The notes below the pieces were generated by a model. That model was not told the DNA's origin and did not search any database. It was given only the letters and a program-made list of their open reading frames with translations. From the NCBI GenBank assembly GCA_045105515.1, contig JBGCDR010000220.1:1-29864 (forward strand): 29,864 nucleotides of DNA. The letters are read 5' to 3'. This document shows, piece by piece, positions 9,371 through 18,222 of the stretch. Made by a program: the position numbers and the translations under genes. This DNA comes from Oligoflexales bacterium (GTDB lineage Bacteria > Bdellovibrionota_B > Oligoflexia > Oligoflexales > Bog-1112). The stretch's first letter is position 1; each line of letters starts with the position of its first letter.

Positions 9371-9460
9371 TTTCTCAAGGGATTTCTCCACTCCTTAGCA
9401 GTCGGTCGTAGTCTTAATCATCTCGACTAAGCGTAGCCATGGAGAGATGCCCTAAAGAAA
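9371..9460 (+). other. Long imperfect intergenic hairpin (terminator, REP-like element or structured RNA)
   Basis: tttctcaagggatttctcca (9371-9390) pairs with tggagagatgccctaaagaaa (9440-9460); inner ctta[gca]gtcg pairs with cgactaag. Confidence 0.55.
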
Positions 9461-9602
9461 CAAAGTACTGATTTTTCGATACTTTCCACTAAATTGACTT
9501 AATTCCAACTTGCCCCTGAAGAGTAATTACGATAGTCAGATAACCCGTAATGTTTATAGCGTTGATTGCAAATCAATCAGGGAGATCCCTTTGAAACCTC
9601 AT

Positions 9603-12106
9603 ATGAAACGTATAAAAACTGTTTTAATCCTTATAATATTAACTTTGACCAGCTTAGTCGGCAGACATGAAGCAATTGCCGGAGGTCTTGCATCCAAGCC
9701 AGTCAAAAAATCACAAGAATTCGTTACCCCTACCGAAGAACAAATGGAAACTGAACTTGATGAAAAACAAAAAGAAGAAAAATTGACAATTGAGGCGAAA
9801 ATACCGGGTAGAAAAGAAGCTAAAACTTTTGAAAATGAAGCTGAACGAATCATCTGTCTCTTAAGACAAGAAGGTGTCATATTGTACGACTGGGTTGTTT
9901 CTCTCGAAGCAATCGACTCCTTTGAATCATTAAAAATTGCTCTAAGAGCTTATGAGAGCAGAAGCTTCGGTAAAATCCCAGATAACAAGCAAATTCTGAA
10001 GCAACTAAAAAATCTTTTAAGTAAGATCAGGAAAATGAACTTGACTGAAGATGAGCTTAAAATTCTAAGCTCAAACGACTTAATGAATAAGATTGAATCC
10101 TTTTATTCAATTGGCCTGAAAAAAAAAAAAAAGCATGTTCCTGTGATCGATTTCAATAAAAAATGGAATAATTTGAAGTCGACGCGAGACTTTGACCCTA
10201 ATTTTTACGTGCATATCTACGATGCCCTTGCAAAAGAAGAAGTGGTCATGAACTCAGAATACCCAGATGAGTCTGATCAAATACTCAATGATTACCCAAA
10301 AAACCTTGCACTCCTAAACAGGCGATACCGTCTGATAATTTTTCTGGCCAGCATTAAAGATCCCAGTAAACCAAGAGAAATAAGCAGCGAAATAGAAGCA
10401 GATCGTGATGAAAGAGTCCCTTATTCTACCAGTGCAAACAGCCCAAGTTGGTTCCATGACAAACGGTATAAACTCTACAAAATAGCTGAACAACTACCAA
10501 CTATGACAAGAGAAGACAAAAGCATTCTTCTATCAAGCTTCCTCCATGCAGGACAACATTGTTCTGTCGCAAAGAGATTTCAGATCGACCAATCATATAA
10601 GCGCTTTGCTAATGCTGACGCATTAGCACTAGAAACTGAATTAGCTGCAAAAGCTCAGAGCTTGGAAGAAAGCATAGAGCTTGCTCTTGGAACGAGCAAA
10701 GAACGCATACGGATAATCTAAGCCGAGCAGCTCTGGAACGAGAGAAAGAACGAACCAGAATAGTAGGAGAAAATAGATTTGGTCTTAGAGAATTTGATGT
10801 TGAAGAAGTTACTTTTTGGGACGCCACCTATGATGCCTATGCCCACAATTTTGGATTGAAAAAGCGAGACTGTCTTTACCAGACTTATAAGCTCAATATA
10901 AACACGCAAGAAGCCTTTGGAAACGGTGGCTACCGCATCAAGACAATCTTAAACGACTTGAAAAGAGAGCTAGACAACAAAGTTGAACGAGAGTTGGCTG
11001 GAGATCTTCAGCATGTTCTTAGATATCCTGATTTATTAATCCTTGGATATTTGAAGCAAAAGAACTTTATTGTTGAGCCAGGTTCAAGTGTTGAAAAGGC
11101 TACCTGGACTCAGCATAATGACCCAGTCAACAACCTAAGGCCGGAGCCAGTTACTGCTAGTACCTATCAAGCTGATAATTTGCAACAAACTCAAGAAAAC
11201 CGAAGGTCTGCGAGTCGCCGAAGAGCCAGCCGCGCTCCAATACCAGTCCCAAGAAGCAATGTATCAATGTTAGAAAGATTTGGCTTAACCGAAGTGGGTC
11301 GCATTCCAGAAGCTATTTTAGAAACCATTGATCAGGAACTGATGTACACCTTAAGCAACATTGACCAAGAACATTTTCAATATCTTGTTAGCAATCCTAA
11401 ATTTGCACGCAACGATAATGAGCGCTTAGCAGCTTTGTCCGCAAGAGAAGTATTTGTTTTAGTAGACCAAAGCGGATCGATGATGACGCATGATGTATGT
11501 CCTATGCTAGGTCGATATGAGAGCTGGGACCGTTGGCAATCTGCTCGTTTAGCTACTGAAAACATTGTTGACCTTGCTTTAAGCTTAGATAGAGATGCAC
11601 AAGTTGATATCATGCTCTGGACAGGCTACAGAACTGGCCTAAATTCAACATACAATACGGTTTCTCTTTCCTCCGAAGTCTTACCAATTTTCGAGTCAAA
11701 TAGACCAATGGGTAATACCCCACTCGCAGAGGCCCTTAACGACGTATATGAAAATAGACTACGACAACTCCTGCAAAATTCCGTGCCCTTTATCTGCTTT
11801 ATCCTCACGGATGGTGCTCCCAACGATACTAATAAAGCCAATGAATTCTTTAGACGGATTATTCTCGATAACAACCTCCAGCAAGCTGGACGAAAAAAAC
11901 TTGCAACATTTTCATTTATTCAGATTGGAGATGATCATGCGGCTGCAAATTATCTGCAGCATCTAGACGATAGTTTTATCTTACAAAATGGGATTAACAT
12001 TGACATTATCGATGTCAATCAAGACGAATTCTTCTTTGGAACAGGCCGATACCGTGAGCAAGAAAGCGTAGGCCCGTTTGCGGTTTTTTGGAACGCAATT
12101 TATTAG
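9603..12106 (+). pseudogene. Large secreted vWA-domain protein split by a -1 frameshift (ORFs 9510..10721 and 10856..12106); about 834 aa if joined
   Basis: Signal peptide MKRIKTVLILIILTLTSLVG from ATG 9603. The downstream frame is open from 10640 and overlaps the first ORF. MIDAS residues: VLVDQSGSM, GNTPL, ILTDGAP. Could also be a sequencing error. Confidence 0.75.
10119..10132 (+). repeat. A14 homopolymer inside the vWA gene
   Basis: ctg-aaaaaaaaaaaaaa-gcat, read in frame as LKKKKKH. Confidence 0.9.
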
Positions 12107-12191
12107 TAAACCCGCCATTTTTGAGTTTGCATTGCTAAAAATTTGTGCTATTGTCCGCGGTCTTTCGCCAACGAAATATGGGAAACCGTTT

Positions 12192-12710
12192 ATGAAACTT
12201 ATAATATTGATTTTAAATACTTTTTTAATGAGCAACATAGGACTAGCCAGTAACGGTATAGGACTATCAAGAAAAGTTAAAAAGAGAAAAAGTCCAGAAG
12301 ATTATTTAATTGGCACTTTTAGCCGTATTTCAATTGGAAACTTATCTACCTTAGAAGAACTTGAACTTGAAAACCGTTTTGAATCCGCAAGGGAAGTTAT
12401 AGAAGGAGGGTATGCCGAGCAGTTTCAAGATGTGATTGGAATCGTACAAAACAATCCTCAAGTCCTAAAGCATGCAGACTCACAAGATAAAAAAACTTTG
12501 TTAATGCTTGCGGCTCAGCACGGTGCCACGGAGCTACTCGAGGTATTTATTAATTTAATAGAAGAAGACACTCTGCTCGCCTGTGATCAGGATGGTTGTA
12601 ATGCCCTTTATCTTGCTGATTTAAATGATCATCAAGATGCTATAAAAATAATTCGCCAACATGAAGCCTATGAAAAAACCTCTAGACAAAGAAAGAGAAT
12701 GCGGAGATAG
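12192..12710 (+). CDS. Secreted ankyrin-repeat protein
   Basis: ATG 12192 gives signal peptide MKLIILILNTFLMSNIGLA; ankyrin repeats DKKTLLMLAAQHGATELLEVFI and DGCNALYLADLNDHQDAIKII. Confidence 0.85.
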   Translation: MKLIILILNTFLMSNIGLASNGIGLSRKVKKRKSPEDYLIGTFSRISIGNLSTLEELELENRFESAREVIEGGYAEQFQDVIGIVQNNPQVLKHADSQDKKTLLMLAAQHGATELLEVFINLIEEDTLLACDQDGCNALYLADLNDHQDAIKIIRQHEAYEKTSRQRKRMRR

Positions 12711-12749
12711 GTCTGTCATCAGATGAATTGAAGGACAAAGGTCATCAGC

Positions 12750-13241
12750 ATGTTACATATTAAGAAGCTTCTACTAATCTACCTACTCACCTTTAGCCCC
12801 CCTGCACTAAGCCTAAACTTGAAATCACTGCTGATATCACCAATAGTAGCTTCCGCTTTTCACTTAAACCCTCATATACAATCCTCAAGGTGAGATATTT
12901 TAAATGAATATTTTCAATTGGGATCAAGCAGAACCCAGCAAAATGATTTTTTTTCTTTTAGCTTTCAGGGCAATGAGCAGGTACGATTTGTTAATTTCCA
13001 TGGATCACAGCTCATCGTCGGGATCCATCACCACACGCCTTTTGATAAACTCTTTGCATCTATTTCCTTATCCTCAGACCCAAGGTATACCACCTGGGAC
13101 TCTGAAAACAAATGGATCATCTCCTTCGAATACGCGAAAAAGCTAAGCATATTCGAGATCCGCTCTATTTTAGATGCATTGAAATTCGATAGTTTTATTG
13201 ATCATGAAACTCATGAAATCTGCCTAAGGCGAATCATTTAA
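12750..13241 (+). pseudogene. Signal-peptide gene interrupted by an in-frame TGA at 12891-12893
   Basis: ATG 12750 MLHIKKLLLIYLLTFSPPALS...IQSSR*DILNEYFQLGSSRT continues in frame into ORF 12918..13241. Confidence 0.7.
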
Positions 13242-13259
13242 TAGTCTAAAAGCTGAATC

Positions 13260-14933
13260 CTAAATTTGATCCCAGCCATCGGTACCAGTTTGCTGATTTA
13301 TTGATGGGGTCTCTTTATTGAATTTAGACATTTGCACGAGGTTAGTATTGTTATTTTTAGTGCTGGGCTTGGGATGGTTAGCCTTAGGCGTATTGCTGTT
13401 TTTATTTGGTGCAAACGAATTTTTATCTTGCGTAAGTAATTGATCTAATTTCGAAATAATGCCAAAGATAGTTTCTGATTGGGAATGCAGATCATTAACA
13501 GCGGTTTCAACATTTTTGGCGATAGCTGTTGTAGATTGGGTAGAGCTATTAATCTGCATGATAGCTTCATTGACCTGCTCAATCCCCTTAGTTTGTTCTG
13601 AGGATGCTGCTGATATTTCGTTTGATGCTGTTGAGACAATATCGATAAGCTCCCTGATTTCCTTCATTCGCTTACTTGCAATATTAACCTTTGAGGTGGT
13701 TCCTTGAACCAGGCCTTCGCAAGACTTAATTCCATTTTTAACGATATTCGATATTTCAACAGAGGATTTTCCGCTCATAGATGCCAAATTTGCTACTTCC
13801 TGTGCAACCACAGCAAAACCTCGTCCATGTTCCCCTGCTCTTTCAGCTTCTACCGAGGCGTTGAAAGAAAGGAGTTTAGTTTGAAATACGATCTCATCAA
13901 TGATATCTGTTTTTTCACCAATATTTTCAATGATGCTCACAATCTGTTTTAACTCTGTATTTGACTCTTCAATCTTCTGGAACAGATCATGCAACTCTGC
14001 AATATATTCCTGCATATCTTTAATCTTGTGATTGGTTTTTTGCGCTTCCTCAGAATTATTTTTCACTAAAGAACTCACCTGATGAACGCTCGCTGATGTT
14101 TCTTCGATCGAAGATGCCTGCGAATTGGTATTGTCTAGTAGATCACTGCTAGATGTACTAAAGTCCTGTGAAGTCTCGTTCAGGTTGGTGGCATGTTCTT
14201 TTAAGCTCCTAATAATATTACTGAATAAACCTTGAATATCCTTTAACTCTTTGTTACTAAACTTCTCCAAACTGCCAAATATCGCTTTGAATGGAGTGAT
14301 AATAGAGTTAGTGAGAAGGAATGACACTAACAATGCTACGAATAACGCAACAAATGAAAATATAAGAAGCAAACTTATAGTGGAGGTGTAAGTGTTTTCT
14401 TCTTCTGATTGCCTGGTCACCATGAGTTTCAATTCAATATCTTGAAATTCTGCTATCTGGCCCCTAAATTTATCAAAGTACTTTTTACCACGGGCTTCAC
14501 CAACCAGATCAGCCACATTGTCCATAGTCTTAGAACTTCCTACTTCACGCCTAAAAGCGATCGCTGGCTCTGCGATTTTTTCGCGCCATTCTGAAATAGT
14601 ATTCTCTATTCCTGCGAGCCTAGCTACTTGAGGAGGGTTGTCTGAGACCGTTTTCTTCAACTCAGAAATCAGATTTGTAAATCTTGATTGGCCTCCGCTA
14701 TAGGGCTCCAAGAACTCATCTTTTCCAGCAAGCATAAAGCCACGCATGCCAGTTTCCATGTCCACCGCAGCTCCCAAAATATGATCGGCTTTTTCTATTA
14801 CCTTATGAGTATGATCAACCCAAAAATTGCCACTATGCAGATTTGAAATACCGAAATAACCGATAGAGCTGACGATTAATAACAGAAGAGCAATAATCGC
14901 ATTGAACGCGAAAATTTTAAATCTTAAAGACAT
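13260..14933 (-). CDS. Methyl-accepting chemotaxis protein with a CHASE3 sensor domain
   Basis: TM1; CHASE3 motif WVDHTHKVI...DMETGMRGFMLAGKDEFLEPY; TM2; signalling tip QTKLLSFNASVEAERAGEHGRGFAVVAQEV; C-terminal DGWDQI pentapeptide-like end. Confidence 0.95.
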   Translation of the reverse strand: MSLRFKIFAFNAIIALLLLIVSSIGYFGISNLHSGNFWVDHTHKVIEKADHILGAAVDMETGMRGFMLAGKDEFLEPYSGGQSRFTNLISELKKTVSDNPPQVARLAGIENTISEWREKIAEPAIAFRREVGSSKTMDNVADLVGEARGKKYFDKFRGQIAEFQDIELKLMVTRQSEEENTYTSTISLLLIFSFVALFVALLVSFLLTNSIITPFKAIFGSLEKFSNKELKDIQGLFSNIIRSLKEHATNLNETSQDFSTSSSDLLDNTNSQASSIEETSASVHQVSSLVKNNSEEAQKTNHKIKDMQEYIAELHDLFQKIEESNTELKQIVSIIENIGEKTDIIDEIVFQTKLLSFNASVEAERAGEHGRGFAVVAQEVANLASMSGKSSVEISNIVKNGIKSCEGLVQGTTSKVNIASKRMKEIRELIDIVSTASNEISAASSEQTKGIEQVNEAIMQINSSTQSTTAIAKNVETAVNDLHSQSETIFGIISKLDQLLTQDKNSFAPNKNSNTPKANHPKPSTKNNNTNLVQMSKFNKETPSINQQTGTDGWDQI

Positions 14934-14990
14934 TTGAATAACCTCGTTAAATCAATTTAGACTTTCAAGGTAATCCTTCGGTACTATTTG

Positions 14991-14998
14991 AAATCGGC
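14991..14998 (-). promoter_or_regulatory. sigma28-like -10 element upstream of the chemoreceptor
   Basis: GCCGATTT on the minus strand, about 58 nt upstream of the ATG; no clear -35 element. Confidence 0.35.
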
Positions 14999-15024
14999 AT
15001 AAGGATTCAATTCAAAGAAAAAAC

Positions 15025-15058
15025 AAAAAAATCAGCAAGCAATTAATTTAATTGCTGA
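15025..15058 (-). terminator. Probable intrinsic terminator of the prpE-mglA-orf operon
   Basis: Minus strand TCAGCAA-N13-TTGCTGA followed by a T-run. Confidence 0.5.
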
Positions 15059-15107
15059 ATTATAAATCTTATCTACTATTCAAAGGCTTGATAGTGCTTG
15101 TGGGGGC

Positions 15108-15581
15108 TTATTCAGGGTTAATTAACTTAGTATTTCGTTTTAATTCCTTAGAATCCATTTCAACTGCCTTGGTGGTAAGATTCAAAGCACCTGTTTGCAC
15201 TTGCCACGCTTTAAGATAAGCAAGGCGCATGCGGTTCTTTTCCATATTTTTTAGAAGATATGGCAGCGGCTTCCAGTTCAGAAGGGGGACTTGCCTAGGC
15301 AGCTCACAATATCCTGTGTAAAGGCTGACCTGCTCCTGGCCAGCTGGGAGCAACAGCTCACAAAACTCTTGAAAAATATGCACCTCACTACCGTTAACTG
15401 CCTCGCCCAGTTCTTTTTCAACTGCAGCAATCAACTGTAAATTGATTGCTTGGGAGGGGTCTACATCTAAGTGAAGACCTGGCATAAAGCGGTGGTGATT
15501 AGGAAAGTGCAGGAGCTTGTCGATGGGGATGCCAAATAAAAAAACTGCCTTTGGAGTCTGGCAGCGAGTAAGCAAAGCCAT
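15108..15581 (-). CDS. Hypothetical protein downstream of mglA, possibly a degenerate Nudix-like fold
   Basis: 157 aa, starts 32 nt after the mglA stop. MPGLHLDVDPSQAINLQLIAAVEKELG loosely mimics a Nudix box; no resemblance to Roadblock/MglB. Confidence 0.65.
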   Translation of the reverse strand: MALLTRCQTPKAVFLFGIPIDKLLHFPNHHRFMPGLHLDVDPSQAINLQLIAAVEKELGEAVNGSEVHIFQEFCELLLPAGQEQVSLYTGYCELPRQVPLLNWKPLPYLLKNMEKNRMRLAYLKAWQVQTGALNLTTKAVEMDSKELKRNTKLINPE

Positions 15582-15613
15582 AAGGGTAACCTATTACGAG
15601 GATAAAAGTTTAA

Positions 15614-16198
15614 TCAGGAGGGAGCGAGGGCTATTAGAATCTGCTTCGCCATTGCATGCAAAGTCTCCATAGTTCCAACTGAATCAGATGCTATGGCCTC
15701 TTGTTCAGCTCCCCCAAACGGGTTTAGCTCTTCTCTTAGTACATCCAACGGCACTAATCCAGCAAGATCTCGCTTGTTATACTGAATAACGCGAGGCAAC
15801 TCTCCAAGATCATAGCCTTCCTCGCGAAAAAGCTTATCTACTTTCCGATAGCACTCGATGTTTGCAGCCAAGCGCTCCAAACGCGAGTCCACCACAAAGA
15901 CAAAACCATCCACCCCTTTTAGTATCACACTCGCCACCGTTTCAAAGAGGTTCTTGGCGGGCAAGCTAAATAGATGGAGCTTGAGATGAAAGTCATTTAC
16001 ATGACCGAGGCTGATGGGAAGAAAATCAAAGTACTTACTTCCCTTTTCTGGTTCTTCCAACTCCATGATCCCAGACTTCATCTCATCGGCTGTACTCGCA
16101 TAAATGGATCGAAGATTTTCCGATTTTCCGCAGTGATCCGGGCCAAAGTAGATGACCTTACAATTTATTTCTTTAGTATCAAAATTAGTGAATGCCAT
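15614..16198 (-). CDS. mglA: MglA-family Ras-like GTPase with degenerate catalytic residues
   Basis: EINCKVIYFGP, YFDFLPISLG, ILKGVDGFVFVVDS and IQYNKRDL; colinear with Myxococcus MglA as recalled. Confidence 0.92.
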   Translation of the reverse strand: MAFTNFDTKEINCKVIYFGPDHCGKSENLRSIYASTADEMKSGIMELEEPEKGSKYFDFLPISLGHVNDFHLKLHLFSLPAKNLFETVASVILKGVDGFVFVVDSRLERLAANIECYRKVDKLFREEGYDLGELPRVIQYNKRDLAGLVPLDVLREELNPFGGAEQEAIASDSVGTMETLHAMAKQILIALAPS

Positions 16199-16234
16199 AC
16201 CTATAATTTAGCAAAACCACAGGATTATACAAGA

Positions 16235-18124
16235 TCATGGCTGTTCTTGAATCAGAACCTGGCGGACCTGTTCAAGCACCCCTGCATCTTCAATGGTCGG
16301 AGGAACCTTGGCAGGTTCATGATCTGCTAAGTTACGCAAGACATTGCGCAAAACCTTGCCAGAACGAGTTTTAGGCAAAGCTGGAACCACAAGCAGCCTT
16401 TTAAAAGCCCAAACAGCGCCAAGTTCATGCTTCACCCTGGCGATCAATTGCGATGGAATCTCTGCGCCTGCTTGAGCATCCAGACCTTGGTTAAGGACAA
16501 CAAAACCCAGTGGGATTTGTGATTTAAGCCTATCTTTAACTCCTACCACCGCACATTCCGCCACATGCTTATGGCTAGCTAATACTTCCTCGATTTGAGC
16601 AGTGGAAAGCCGGTGACCCGCACAATTAATGATGTCGTCAGTCCTACTTATAATCCACAGATTATGATCCTCATCAAAGTAGCCTGCATCATAGGTTTCA
16701 AAGTAAGTGGGAAAATTGCTTAGGTAAGTATCGACAAAGCCCTTATCATTATTCCACAAGCTGGGTAAGGTCCCAGGAGGCAGTGGCAAACGCACCACAA
16801 TATTTCCAGCTTGATGTGCAGGAAGCGGCTGCCCTAAATTATCGACTACCTCTATTTGAAAGCCTGGTACAGGCCGACCGCAGGAACCATGCTTGCTAAT
16901 TTGCCCCCTATACCCAAGACAAGTTGCGGTCATCGGCCATCCGGTTTCAGTTTGCCACCAATGATCGATCGCGGGTACCTTCAGATTCTTTTCCAACCAA
17001 GACAAGGTATCTGGATCAGAACGCTCTCCGGCAAGAAAAACTGCTTTCAGCATGGGTAGTGAAAAGCTCCTCACTTGGGATCCTTGCGGATCCCTGGCTT
17101 TTATAGCCCTCAAGGCAGTGGGGGCTGTAAAAAGAGCCTTTACATTGTGCTTCTGACAAATCCTCCAGTATTCATTTTCATCGGGAGTGCCCACAGGCTT
17201 TCCTTCAAAAAGTAAGGCACATGCTCCTGCCAACATTGGGCCATAGACTAAATAGGAGTGCCCCACTGCCCAGCCAATATCCGAAGCAGCCCAAAAAACC
17301 TCACCCTGCTCAATATGGTAAACATATTGCATCGACCATTTTAAGGCGAGCATATACCCGGTATGATCATGGATAACTCCCTTAGGAATCCCCGTCGTCC
17401 CCGAGGTGTATAGAATGTAAAGTGGATCACTTGGCTCTAGTTGCTCGCAGGTCGCATCCTCGTCTCCATGCTGTCTAAGTTCGTCCCAGTCTAAATATTG
17501 ATACCGATCACTTGGCTTGGACGTTAAACGCGAAAAACACACAGCCAGCTCAGGCGGGTACTTGGCTATGTCCAAGGCTTCATCTACCAATACTTGGTAG
17601 TCTATAACCCGCTCTTTTTCGTAAGCATGGGAAGCGTATAAAATAACTTTAGGTTTAGCATCGTTAATTCTTTTTGCTAACTCAGGAGGAGCAAATCCCC
17701 CAAAGACTACTGAATGAATTGCTCCTATGCGAGCACATGCAAGCATTGCAAAAATAGCCTCAGGAATATTCGGCATATAAATAATGACACGCTCACCTTT
17801 AAACACACCAAGATTTTTCAAACCATTGGCTATCAAACCTACTTCTTTAAATACATCATTATAGGAAAAGGTTTTTGACTCACCGATTACCGGACTTTCC
17901 CAAATCAAAGCCGGTTTATCAGCTCTTCCGTTGTGAATATTCACATCAAGGCAGTTAAAGGATATGTTACTTTTACTTCCAGGGAACCATTGATAAAAGG
18001 GTTTCTTGCTCTTATCTAAAACAATATCTGCTTTTTGAAACCAATGGATAAGCTTTGCAGCATGCCCCCAGAATTTTTCCGGATCGCGAATAGACTTCTG
18101 ATATTCTGTTTCCCAAGATTCCAC
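16235..18124 (-). CDS. prpE: Propionyl-CoA synthetase / short-chain acyl-CoA ligase
   Basis: AMP-binding YILYTSGTTGIPKG; DHWWQTETGWP; PLPPGTLPSLW; PKTRSGK; GTG start with GGAG. Confidence 0.88.
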   Translation of the reverse strand: MESWETEYQKSIRDPEKFWGHAAKLIHWFQKADIVLDKSKKPFYQWFPGSKSNISFNCLDVNIHNGRADKPALIWESPVIGESKTFSYNDVFKEVGLIANGLKNLGVFKGERVIIYMPNIPEAIFAMLACARIGAIHSVVFGGFAPPELAKRINDAKPKVILYASHAYEKERVIDYQVLVDEALDIAKYPPELAVCFSRLTSKPSDRYQYLDWDELRQHGDEDATCEQLEPSDPLYILYTSGTTGIPKGVIHDHTGYMLALKWSMQYVYHIEQGEVFWAASDIGWAVGHSYLVYGPMLAGACALLFEGKPVGTPDENEYWRICQKHNVKALFTAPTALRAIKARDPQGSQVRSFSLPMLKAVFLAGERSDPDTLSWLEKNLKVPAIDHWWQTETGWPMTATCLGYRGQISKHGSCGRPVPGFQIEVVDNLGQPLPAHQAGNIVVRLPLPPGTLPSLWNNDKGFVDTYLSNFPTYFETYDAGYFDEDHNLWIISRTDDIINCAGHRLSTAQIEEVLASHKHVAECAVVGVKDRLKSQIPLGFVVLNQGLDAQAGAEIPSQLIARVKHELGAVWAFKRLLVVPALPKTRSGKVLRNVLRNLADHEPAKVPPTIEDAGVLEQVRQVLIQEQP

Positions 18125-18222
18125 ATGATCTCCCCACCAAATTTACTCTAAACAACATCGTGTTTATTTATAAACGGGAAAAAAATATGAAGAAAGTTAA
18201 AATCAAAAAGAAAGGTTGTGGA

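Noticed and set aside
12078..12191. ORF-track start for the ankyrin gene
   Set aside because: It overlaps the end of the vWA gene; ATG 12192 yields a clean signal peptide
12891..12920. Selenocysteine or genetic-code reassignment of TGA
   Set aside because: Only a weak AU-rich hairpin follows, there is no redox context, and TGA terminates conserved genes in this window
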